NCBI GenBank assembly: GCA_021789495.1
Contig: JAJYJM010000001.1
Span: 4,018 to 68,017, forward strand
Length of the DNA stretch: 64,000 bases
Source: Nitrospirota bacterium
GTDB lineage: Bacteria; Nitrospirota; JACRHJ01
Direction of reading: 5' to 3'
Under the pieces are notes generated by a model that did no database searches, was not told where the DNA came from, and was given only the letters and a program-made list of their open reading frames with translations. The translations under genes and the position numbers were made by a program. Numbering within the stretch: the first letter of the stretch is position 1; every line of letters starts with the position of its first letter. This document shows, in pieces, positions 1-9,688 of this stretch.

Positions 1-375
1 ACGGCCGGCATTGCCGGCTGGTCTCGCTATATTCCCTATCTCGCCGTATTCTTAAGCGTGGTATTGATTGTCTTTCAGATTACGGGGACGAGGAAGATAA
101 TGAACCCCAGGGTGACGAAGTTCCCGGATATAAAGGTTTCGTTCTGCTCAAGTCAGGTCCAGAAGCTTAAGGAGAACGCCGAGCTTTATTATTTCGACTA
201 TGGTCTTTATCCCCAGGACATCTCCGTGCTTAAAAAACTGGATTACGACACAAATATAATCGACCCCTGGGGAAAGCCGCTACTTTTGAATTACGGCGGC
301 GGAGAGGCGATTGTTTCAAGCGCAGGCCCCGACGGCGCCTTCGGCACGTCGGACGACATCTCCAGTAATCCGTAA
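1..375 (+). CDS. type II secretion / type IV pilin-like pseudopilin (GspG-like), 5'-truncated by window edge
   Basis: Reading frame is open from base 1. C-terminal region carries the GspG-like DPWGKP...SAGPDGAFGTSDDI signature. A hydrophobic stretch lies at the window start. Confidence 0.5.
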   Translation, partial: TAGIAGWSRYIPYLAVFLSVVLIVFQITGTRKIMNPRVTKFPDIKVSFCSSQVQKLKENAELYYFDYGLYPQDISVLKKLDYDTNIIDPWGKPLLLNYGGGEAIVSSAGPDGAFGTSDDISSNP

Positions 376-406
376 CAAGTTTACATAATATATCTTATAG
401 GACGTT

Positions 407-1640
407 TTGATTATTCGGGCAAAAAAGATATTGCCGATAACCGCGCCGCCGATAGACAACGGCGCCGTTGTTGTTCAGGGCCGCAGGATAGCCGCAATCG
501 GCAGGGAATCCGCCGTCATAAAGAAATATCCGGCAGAGACGGTTGTGGATCTGGGCGACCGGCTTGTCATGCCGGGGCTGGTTAACGCGCACACCCACCT
601 CGAACTCTCGCACCTCAGGGGCAAAATCGGCGAACGGCGCGAGTTCTTTGATTGGATAATCGAACTGGTGGAGGCCAGGCGCAGGCTCGGCACGAAAGGG
701 CTTCAGCAGGCTCTGAGGGCCTCGCTTATGGAGATTTTAACCTCCGGCACGACCTGCATCGGCGACATATCCGCAACCGAGGCCGCGCTTCCGATGCTCT
801 CCAAAAGCGGACTCAGGGCGACGGTATTCCTTGAAGCGCTCGGCCCGGACGAGCGCAAGGCGGAGCAGGTATTCAAGGGCCTGAAGGCCCGCCTTGCGAA
901 ACTCGAAACCCTGCCGGACAGGGTCTCAGTCGGCGTGTCGCCGCATTCGACTTATTCGGTATCTCCATTGTTAATAAAGAAGATAGCAGAATATACATCA
1001 GAAAATAGTTTATCTGTTGCAGTTCATCTATCTGAAAGTAAACATGAAAATCTATATATAAACGGCAAGGCCTCAAACATCGACGGCTACATGAAACACT
1101 TCGGCTGGGATAGGATAAAAAGGAAAAAGGCCCGCTCGCCCCTAGGACTTCTGAGCCGGGCAGGGCTTGAGAATTTTGCGGCGGCGCACTGCGTGCACAT
1201 CTCCGGGCAGGACATCAAGCACATGAAAAGCAAGGATATTTCCGCCATTTTCTGCCCAAGGAGCAATTACTTCCTTGGTGTCGGCAAGGCGCCCGTGGAA
1301 AAAATGACACAGGCGGGGCTTAACATTGCCATTGGGACGGACAGCCTGGCGAGCAACGTAAACCTCAACCTCTGGGACGAGATGCGGTTTGCCTACCTCG
1401 TGAGCCGCCTCCCGGCAAGGAATATCATTGAGATGGCGACGATAAACGGGGCCAGGGCCCTGGGGCTTGAAGGGATAACCGGCTCTCTCACGCCGGGCAA
1501 GGAGGCGGATATTATCGCCATTCACAGCGACGCAGCAAGGTCGAAAGACCCGTATTATACCCTCCTGATGGACACGCGCGGCCAGGACGTCTCCACCGTA
1601 ATCGTCCAGGGCAGACCCCTGCATTCCACCGACGGATACA

Positions 1641-1657
<17 letters not shown>
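407..1657 (+). CDS. amidohydrolase family protein (MTA/SAH or aminodeoxyfutalosine deaminase-like)
   Basis: TTG start. PGLVNAHTHLELS metal-binding motif and overall chlorohydrolase/MtaD-like architecture. Directly followed by mqn radical SAM genes. Confidence 0.75.
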
Positions 1658-2720
<1,063 letters not shown>

Positions 2721-2738
2721 GAAAGGGACGAAAAAACC

Positions 2739-2852
2739 TGGATTCCCGATTAAATCAATCGGGAATGACGAACAAAAGCAGACTGTCATTCACGCGAAAG
2801 CGGGAATCCAGTGACTTTCATAACTCACCTAAATCATTCGGGAATGACAGGT
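2739..2852. repeat. cluster of short repeat segments: hairpin attcccgat-N7-atcgggaat, a TGTCATTCACGCGAAAGCGGGAATCC copy and an inverted partial copy
   Basis: Read directly in the mqn intergenic spacer. Related to copies at 17488, 31177, 43466, 45811, 50238 and 50763. Confidence 0.6.
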
Positions 2853-2854
2853 AA

Positions 2855-3913
2855 ATGAAAGCACTGCTTAAAAAAGCCGCGTGCGGCAAGCGCCTGACAA
2901 AGGACGAGGGAATCTCCCTGTTCCTTGGAGCGGACCTGCTGTCCCTCGCCAGGACTGCGGACATGGTGCGGAAGCGCTTGCACCCGGAGGGCGTCGTCTC
3001 CTTCATCATAGACAGGAACATTAACTATACCAATGTCTGCGTAAACCAGTGCCGGTTCTGCGCTTTTTACAGAAGCGAGGACGCGCCGGAGGCATATCTC
3101 CTGCCGGATGACGTAATATTTCAGAAAATTAAAGAGACCGTTGAGGTCGGCGGCACGCAGATACTCATACAGGGCGGCCTGCACCCAAGGCTCGATATTT
3201 CATATTACAGGAGACTGTTCTCCGCTATAAAGAAACGTTTTACCATTAATATTCATGGGCTTTCGCCTGCGGAGATAAAGCATATTGCGAAGAATTCAGA
3301 GCTAACAATCAGAGAAACCTTGATTAATCTGAAGGAAGCCGGTCTGGATTCGATACCCGGCGGCGGCGCGGAGATACTGGTTGACAGCGTCCGGGGCGAG
3401 GTAAGCCCTAAGAAAATATCGTATGAGGGCTGGCGCTACGTGATGCTGACGGCCCAGGAACTCGGCTTTCCCACAACAGCGACGATGATGTTCGGAAGCG
3501 TGGAGAGGCCTGAGGACATTGTCGAGCATATCTTCCGTGTGCGGGAGATGCAGGACGCGCATCACGGCTTCACCGCATTTATCCCCTGGACGTATCAACC
3601 GGGCAATACCGAACTTGGCGGAAAAACGGCTACAAGCGTGGAATACCTCCGGGTACTCGCGTTCTCCCGGCTTTTCCTGGACAACGTCCCAAACTTGCAG
3701 GTCTCGTGGGTTACGCAGGGGGCGGCAATGGCCCAGGCGGCGCTTCGGTTCGGAGCGAACGATTTCGGGAGCACGATGCTCGAAGAGAACGTCGTGGCCG
3801 CAGCCGGAGTAAAAAACCGCTTAGACACTAGGGACATTGTATATCTAATTAAAAATGCAGGTTTCACCCCTGCGCAGCGCGATACCAAGTATTCGATTTT
3901 AAAGGTTTTTTAG
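2855..3913 (+). CDS. menaquinone (futalosine pathway) radical SAM enzyme, MqnC/MqnE family (second paralog)
   Basis: CVNQCRFCAF motif. Paralogous to the preceding ORF with the same conserved blocks. Confidence 0.8.
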   Translation: MKALLKKAACGKRLTKDEGISLFLGADLLSLARTADMVRKRLHPEGVVSFIIDRNINYTNVCVNQCRFCAFYRSEDAPEAYLLPDDVIFQKIKETVEVGGTQILIQGGLHPRLDISYYRRLFSAIKKRFTINIHGLSPAEIKHIAKNSELTIRETLINLKEAGLDSIPGGGAEILVDSVRGEVSPKKISYEGWRYVMLTAQELGFPTTATMMFGSVERPEDIVEHIFRVREMQDAHHGFTAFIPWTYQPGNTELGGKTATSVEYLRVLAFSRLFLDNVPNLQVSWVTQGAAMAQAALRFGANDFGSTMLEENVVAAAGVKNRLDTRDIVYLIKNAGFTPAQRDTKYSILKVF

Positions 3914-3994
3914 CCCACGTTTTAAATTCTCCTGTGTTTTCCTCGACTTAAGGCCCCAATCCACAATCTCTGTGGAAAAACTGTTGAAAACACT

Positions 3995-4035
3995 GTTGAA
4001 AATAAAACAATCCCTCTCCCGGCAACAGTCGGGAG
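3995..4035 (-). terminator. rho-independent terminator-like hairpin (ccctctcccg-N8-cgggagaggg followed by T-run on minus strand)
   Basis: Perfect 10 bp GC-rich stem. Downstream T-rich tract when read on the minus strand. Lies downstream of the minus-strand lipoprotein gene. Confidence 0.45.
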
Positions 4036-4146
4036 AGGGTGCTTAAAAACTAAGCATCTTTAAAAAATATAAGCAAATTTTAATCTGAAAACGGTTGTCA
4101 TTTAAATGACGGAACCATATAAAATATAAAATTTATCGTCAAGAAA

Positions 4147-4827
4147 TTAACGGCTTGAGATTTTCACCAGCAAATCCCGCAGGGACTGGTTGTCCAGGAT
4201 GCCCTTGTTTATGAGTTTTGCGAGCGCCTTGTCGAGCCGTTTTATCAGCTTGTTGCGGTCGGAAGTCGTCAGCTTGTTCTCCGACTGTGCCTTGTAATCC
4301 GACCAGAGCACGTCGCCGGTCTTTACATCCAGCACGTAAAGTTTAAACGAGCCTGTAACTTTGACATGGCTTCCGACGAGATTCCTCCTGGAATCCGCCA
4401 TGAAGTCCATAACCTTGGCGCCGAAGGCCACCTGTACGTCAGGATACTGCTCCATCAGCTCTTTCCGGACCTTCGCCGCGCTTTGCCTGTCGAGCGGAGT
4501 CGCAAGCCCGGTTCTGACCATTTTTACGCCGAGCCGGCCAAGTTCCGCCTCGATTGAATCCCGGAATACATCCGAGACCGTTTTATCGTTAATCTCGTAG
4601 CGCACGTTTCCGCTGTAATCCGTGCGCTTTATGATCTGTTTCGGATACGTTTGAGTCCCCTGCCTTGCGTCCACAACCGTCAGAAGCGTGCCGATTACGG
4701 GCTTCGGTATCATCGTTACCTGGCCCTGGTTCGCGTTATAGGATACGTTCAACCTTTCGCCGGCGCACCCGCTAAATACAAATACCAGTGAAATCAATGC
4801 AATATCCACTGCAACATTAAGTTTCAT
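4147..4827 (-). CDS. hypothetical lipoprotein
   Basis: Signal peptide with lipobox (VFSGC). No recognisable catalytic motifs. Confidence 0.5.
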   Translation of the reverse strand: MKLNVAVDIALISLVFVFSGCAGERLNVSYNANQGQVTMIPKPVIGTLLTVVDARQGTQTYPKQIIKRTDYSGNVRYEINDKTVSDVFRDSIEAELGRLGVKMVRTGLATPLDRQSAAKVRKELMEQYPDVQVAFGAKVMDFMADSRRNLVGSHVKVTGSFKLYVLDVKTGDVLWSDYKAQSENKLTTSDRNKLIKRLDKALAKLINKGILDNQSLRDLLVKISSR

Positions 4828-4851
4828 ATTAACTTTACCTCCTTTGGATGA

Positions 4852-5850
4852 TCAGCCTGCCTTAAGCTCCTCGACGAGAGAAACCGGCGCCGGGCGCACC
4901 TCGATTATCCTTGTTTCCTGCCCGGAAGATACTTCCATTGCCATGGAATCGAGCCCCCCGTTATCCGAATATCTTGCCGTAATCCTGGCCGCAAGTTCGA
5001 TATCGTCTTCGGTCGGGCTGCCTCTGAAAACGGACACTGGCCCCGGAACGTCCCTCGCCTTTATTATAACCTCTCTCTCTCCGGCGAGCGCAATGAGCTT
5101 CTCGTTGTCTCTTTCGTTCCTGCCGACATGGAGAGTCCCCGCCGGAAACCTGAAGAACCTGCCCACCGTAAGGATCTGTATGTCCCGCGCGTCCGCCGGC
5201 TCCTCTCTTTTATAGAGGAATTCCCGTATCCTCTTTGAGAGCGTCGGGTCTGTCAGTATGCAGCCCCCGGCGGGTGTCGCATAGTCTTTTATCCCGAACT
5301 TCTCGGCAAGCTCCATCTGTCCCCTGCGCGAGCGTCCGGAGAAACCGTACAACCTTTCCCGGTCGATAAACCCCTTTTCTTCAGGGATTGTCGGCGGCAT
5401 GAGCTTTGCGCAAAGCGGCCTTAAGAGATAGCCCTTCAGCCCGGAGTCCCGCTCGACTATACTCATGGCGTCGCGTCTCTGGGACATGGGCCTCTGGCCG
5501 AGCACCTCTCCGGAGATGATAAAGTCCGCACCCTCGTTGAGCATAAGGTTCCGGGCCTTTTTCATCATGAATATCTTGCAGTCGAGGCACGGGTTGAAGT
5601 TCTTTCCGTAGCCGTAGACTGGCCTTTTTACCATCTCCATGTATTCCGGCGAGACGTCGATTATGCGGACATTAAGGCCGTATTTTCCCTTGAAATCCCC
5701 GGCGGCCTGGGCCTCTTTTCCCTTGTTTTTGTAGCCGAAGAAGGGCGTAATGAAGTGTAGCGCCGTAACATCCACGCCCTGCTCCATTACGACCCTCGCC
5801 GCAAGCAGGCTGTCCAGGCCCCCGGAAAATAGAGAAAAAGCTTTATGCAT
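4852..5850 (-). CDS. ThiI-like PP-loop ATP pyrophosphatase (sulfurtransferase family, no THUMP domain)
   Basis: SGGLDS PP-loop. CLDCK...ISGEVLGQRPMSQ matches the ThiI CxxC/GESLGQVASQ region. Confidence 0.6.
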   Translation of the reverse strand: MHKAFSLFSGGLDSLLAARVVMEQGVDVTALHFITPFFGYKNKGKEAQAAGDFKGKYGLNVRIIDVSPEYMEMVKRPVYGYGKNFNPCLDCKIFMMKKARNLMLNEGADFIISGEVLGQRPMSQRRDAMSIVERDSGLKGYLLRPLCAKLMPPTIPEEKGFIDRERLYGFSGRSRRGQMELAEKFGIKDYATPAGGCILTDPTLSKRIREFLYKREEPADARDIQILTVGRFFRFPAGTLHVGRNERDNEKLIALAGEREVIIKARDVPGPVSVFRGSPTEDDIELAARITARYSDNGGLDSMAMEVSSGQETRIIEVRPAPVSLVEELKAG

Positions 5851-7132
5851 CGATTATTCCCGTCGTAGAAGCCCTGTCCACGCCAATTATTTTAACATCG
5901 ATTGGCCTGCCCGGGGCGGCATTTTTGCCGTGGAAGGCGACCCGTACGTAATTGTCCGTGAGTCCGGAGAATTTACCGTCCTTTTCCTCCGCGACGACCG
6001 TCATCGTCTTCCCGACGAGCGAGAACCGGAAGTCTATGTTCTTTTTATTACCCAGTTCCCGAAGTCTCTCGCTTCTCTCGCGTTTCGCGTCCCCCGGCAC
6101 CGGGTCTCCTATAGCATACGCCCTTGTGCCCTTTCTGGGGGAATAGCTGAAGACGTGGAGATAGTTTATCGGTGAGTCGTCTATCCGCCTCAGCGTCTCT
6201 TCAAATGCGTCTTCATCCTCGGCGGGATAGCCTACAATCACGTCCGCGCCTATGCACGCTCCGGGAGCGGCCTTTTCGATTTTTTTGACGACCGACAGAT
6301 AATCTTCCCACGTATATCCCCGGCCCATCGAGGCGAGGACTCTATCGCTTGCGCTCTGGAGCGGCACATGAAAATGGCGGCAGAGCTTTTCGTGTCTCGT
6401 CAGATCAATCAATGCCTCGTCTATCTCCATCGGCTCGACGGAACTTATGCGCAGCCTTCCAAGCCCCGGCCTTTCCAGAAGCTTCAAGACAAGGCCGGAA
6501 AGCCTTGCGTCGCCCGAATCCTTCCCGTATGCTCCGAGATGCACGCCGGTAAGCACAATCTCGTAATATCCCCTGGCTATGAGTTCGTCCGTCTTCGCCA
6601 GGACGTCTTCCGGCCTTGCGCTCCGGGAGCGGCCACGCGTATACGGGACGATGCAATACGAGCAGAAGGAGTCGCAGCCTTCCTGAACCTTCAGGAATGC
6701 GCGGGAACGCCCGCCAACTGCTTGAGCGAAGTGAGAATCCGCGGATTCAAAACAATTTGCAGGTGCCGGGTTTATCGGTATTGCGGGCGCAATTAATTGC
6801 GCCCCTACGATGTCCGGGATATTTCCCCGCCCGTCGTTCCCGACGACCACGTCTACGCCGCCGATTCCCTTTATAACGTCCGGGGCAACCTGGGCGTAGC
6901 ACCCGGCAACGAGCACCATGCCGCCCGGCTTCTTCGCCCTTACCGCCCGGCGTATCTCCCGGCGGCACTGGTAGTCGCTCTTGCCGGTAACGGTGCATGT
7001 GAAGATTACCTGCACGTCGGCCTCATTGGGCAACGCCGCAGCCTGTCCGCCGCGCGCCGAAAGGCTCTCGCCAAGCGCCGCTGCGTCGAACTGGTTTATC
7101 TTGCAGCCGAGGGTTTTTATGTGGAATTTCAT
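5843..7132 (-). CDS. MtaB-like tRNA methylthiotransferase (radical SAM MTTase)
   Basis: N-terminal TLGCKINQ UPF0004 motif. CDSFCSYC radical SAM motif. C-terminal TRAM-like region. Confidence 0.75.
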   Translation of the reverse strand: MKFHIKTLGCKINQFDAAALGESLSARGGQAAALPNEADVQVIFTCTVTGKSDYQCRREIRRAVRAKKPGGMVLVAGCYAQVAPDVIKGIGGVDVVVGNDGRGNIPDIVGAQLIAPAIPINPAPANCFESADSHFAQAVGGRSRAFLKVQEGCDSFCSYCIVPYTRGRSRSARPEDVLAKTDELIARGYYEIVLTGVHLGAYGKDSGDARLSGLVLKLLERPGLGRLRISSVEPMEIDEALIDLTRHEKLCRHFHVPLQSASDRVLASMGRGYTWEDYLSVVKKIEKAAPGACIGADVIVGYPAEDEDAFEETLRRIDDSPINYLHVFSYSPRKGTRAYAIGDPVPGDAKRERSERLRELGNKKNIDFRFSLVGKTMTVVAEEKDGKFSGLTDNYVRVAFHGKNAAPGRPIDVKIIGVDRASTTGIIDA

Positions 7133-8481
7133 ATTAGAACGCCTGCCAGCGAATGTTTTCTGCCTTCGATAACTTTTACCCGCACAAGCCTTCCGACAAG
7201 CTCCGGCGGGCCTTCAAAGTTCACAATCTTCCCCTGCCTTGTCTTGCCGGTGAGCCTGCCCATTTCTCCCGATTTGTCCGGGCCTTCGACCAGCGCCTCC
7301 TCGACAAGGCCGATGCGCGCGCTTATCTTCTCCTGCATTATTTTGTCCTGGAGTTCCAGAACCTTATACAGCCGCTCGTCCCTGACATCTTCCGGAAGAT
7401 GACCTGGTAATTTCAACGCGGCGGTATTAGGCCTGTTTGAATATTTGAAGGCGAATATGCCGTCAAAGCGAATATCCTCAAGTGCGCTTATCGTCGCCTG
7501 GAAGTCCTCTTCCGTCTCGCCCGGAAATCCTGCGATTATGTCCGTGGATACGGCGAGGTCAGGGACGGCGTCTCTCAGCGCGCCAAGCCTGTTCATGTAA
7601 TCCGTGAAGGTATATTTCCTGTTCATCCGGCCAAGCACACTGTCGGACGCGGACTGAAGCGGCAGGTGTATCGCGTTGCAGACCTTCGGGAGATTTGCCA
7701 TGGCGCCGATAAGGGAGCCGGAAAGGTCCTTCGGGTGCGAGGTTACGAAGCGGATGCGAAGAAGGCCGTCGATGGCATTTATTTCTTTTAGCAATTCCGG
7801 AAAGTTGCAGTTCTTTTCATTCATCCCCCTCTTAAGATAAGAGGGGGAAAGAGGGGGCGTTATGACAGGTTTTCCATACGAATTTACGTTCTGGCCAAGC
7901 AGCGTAACCTCCCGGCAACCGGACTTCACGAGTTCTTCTACCTCGCGGATAATGTCACCCGGTCTCCGGCTCCTCTCACGGCCCCGGACGAAAGGCACGA
8001 CGCAGTAGGTGCAGAAATTGTCGCAGCCGTACATTATGTTCACGAAGGCGGCCACCGCGCTCTCCCGCGAAGCGGGGATTGCGGTATGCTCGTAACCATC
8101 CGTGAAACGGGTGTCGATGGCGGTCCCGCCTGCGGATTCTTCAATCAGGGACGGCAATTTATCGATGTTCTGATTACCGAAAAGAATATCTATATACGGA
8201 GCCCGCCGCAGCATGGACTTTCCTTCCTGCTGGGCTATGCAGCCGGACACGGCGATTTTCATGGAGGGGTTCTGCTTCTTGAGTTCCCGGAGCTTGCCGA
8301 GCGCGCTGTAGAATTTCTGCTCCGCCTTTTCGCGGATGCTGCATGTATTGAGCAGGACGAGGCCCGCGTCTTCGAGCCTTTCGGATTCGCTGTAGCCCTC
8401 GGCTTTCAGGAGACCCGCCAGTTTCTCGGAGTCGTGCTCGTTCATCTGGCAGCCGAAGGTAAGGATTTTGAAGCTCTTCAT
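7129..8481 (-). CDS. miaB: tRNA-i6A37 methylthiotransferase MiaB
   Basis: FGCQMNEHDSE N-terminus. CDNFCTYC radical SAM motif. 450 aa MiaB-like length. Confidence 0.8.
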   Translation of the reverse strand: MKSFKILTFGCQMNEHDSEKLAGLLKAEGYSESERLEDAGLVLLNTCSIREKAEQKFYSALGKLRELKKQNPSMKIAVSGCIAQQEGKSMLRRAPYIDILFGNQNIDKLPSLIEESAGGTAIDTRFTDGYEHTAIPASRESAVAAFVNIMYGCDNFCTYCVVPFVRGRERSRRPGDIIREVEELVKSGCREVTLLGQNVNSYGKPVITPPLSPSYLKRGMNEKNCNFPELLKEINAIDGLLRIRFVTSHPKDLSGSLIGAMANLPKVCNAIHLPLQSASDSVLGRMNRKYTFTDYMNRLGALRDAVPDLAVSTDIIAGFPGETEEDFQATISALEDIRFDGIFAFKYSNRPNTAALKLPGHLPEDVRDERLYKVLELQDKIMQEKISARIGLVEEALVEGPDKSGEMGRLTGKTRQGKIVNFEGPPELVGRLVRVKVIEGRKHSLAGVLI

Positions 8482-8485
8482 CCTC

Positions 8486-8854
8486 CTACCCCAGCAGGTC
8501 TTTCGTCCTGTCGAGGAGATCCTGCGGCGAGAAAGGCTTCGTTATGTATTCGTCCACGCCCACTTCCAGCCCCTTTATCTTGTCGGATTCCTGGCCCTTT
8601 GCGGTCAGCATAATCACGATTATGTCTTTCGTATTCGGGTCGTTTTTAAGCTCCGAGCACACCTCGTAGCCGTTCATGCCGGGCATCATGACGTCAAGGA
8701 ATATAAGCGCGGGTTTCTCCTCCCGCACTATTCTCAGCGCATCGACGCCGTTCAACGCGGTAAGGACTTCGTATCCGGCGGATTCCAGCTTGTACTTGAC
8801 GATCCTCAGGATATGCATCTCGTCATCCACTGCAAGGATTTTTTTGGACATCAC
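8486..8854 (-). CDS. single-domain response regulator (CheY-like receiver)
   Basis: DDE...D...K receiver residues in context (LAVDDE, FLDVMMPGMNG, LTAKG). Confidence 0.8.
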   Translation of the reverse strand: MMSKKILAVDDEMHILRIVKYKLESAGYEVLTALNGVDALRIVREEKPALIFLDVMMPGMNGYEVCSELKNDPNTKDIIVIMLTAKGQESDKIKGLEVGVDEYITKPFSPQDLLDRTKDLLG

Positions 8855-8869
8855 ATTCTCCCGGATAAG

Positions 8870-9688
8870 TTATCGCTTTCTTATAAAAACCTTGTCGCCC
8901 CTCTTGAACCCGCATGTCTTTCTGGCGTCCCCCTGGCAGACGAATATCTCGAGGAACCCGCCGCCGTTTATTACGGCCCCCGTCTCGCCTTTCCTGAGCG
9001 CGGAATAAAACGGCGAGAACCCGCTTAACGCAAGCCGGCCCGCCTCGATTCCGCACTGCGCGTCCTGGCCGCAGAACTCCTCGATGTCAGAGGATGCTAT
9101 GTTGGATATGGCGTTTCCGAACTTGTCGATGTAGACAATCTCTCCGGCCACGCCGTCATTCTCCCTGCGCGAGCGCGGGATGTTGAAGCGCACGTAATCG
9201 GTTATCTCTTCGCCGAAATTCTCCGCCTCGATTCCTTTAGAGAGCCATGCCGCCGCCGGCGCGAATATGTCCCTTGCGTTAAACGTGCTGCCCTGCCAGG
9301 CGCCGGTCGACCGGCCCTCACGGAAGTAGTGGCTCGCGGTAAGATGGATTACCTTTAAAAAACCGGGGTCGGCATAGACGAAGGAGAGAACGCCGTTGTC
9401 CGGGGCGATGAAGTAATGCCTGTCCGTTACGGCGAGCACGGGCCTCCTGTCGCTCCCCACACCGGGATCGACAACGACAAGATGAATCGTTAGCTGCGGA
9501 AAATATTCATACGCCGCCCCCAGGAGGTAGGCTGCCGCCCAGATATCGTGCGACGGCACCTCGTGGGAGATGTCGATAATCGAAGCATCGGGGTTAATGC
9601 CGAGTATAACCCCCTTCATCGCGCCTGAAAAATAATCCTTCGTCCCGAAATCCGTCGTAAGCGTAATAAGTTTTTTCTTAAGGTCCAT
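8870..9688 (-). CDS. SAM hydroxide adenosyltransferase (DUF62, fluorinase/chlorinase-like fold)
   Basis: LTTDFGTKDYF N-terminal motif and length typical of the DUF62 family. Confidence 0.7.
   Translation of the reverse strand: MDLKKKLITLTTDFGTKDYFSGAMKGVILGINPDASIIDISHEVPSHDIWAAAYLLGAAYEYFPQLTIHLVVVDPGVGSDRRPVLAVTDRHYFIAPDNGVLSFVYADPGFLKVIHLTASHYFREGRSTGAWQGSTFNARDIFAPAAAWLSKGIEAENFGEEITDYVRFNIPRSRRENDGVAGEIVYIDKFGNAISNIASSDIEEFCGQDAQCGIEAGRLALSGFSPFYSALRKGETGAVINGGGFLEIFVCQGDARKTCGFKRGDKVFIRKR

Noticed and set aside
2721-2854. CRISPR array suspected because of repeated GGGAATGAC segments
   Set aside because: Only 2-3 irregular, partially inverted segments with no regular repeat-spacer periodicity and no cas genes. 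Assigned to the dispersed repeat family instead.
8468-9028. 186 aa plus-strand ORF overlapping the response regulator and DUF62 genes
   Set aside because: Antisense to two motif-supported genes and low-complexity. Artefact.
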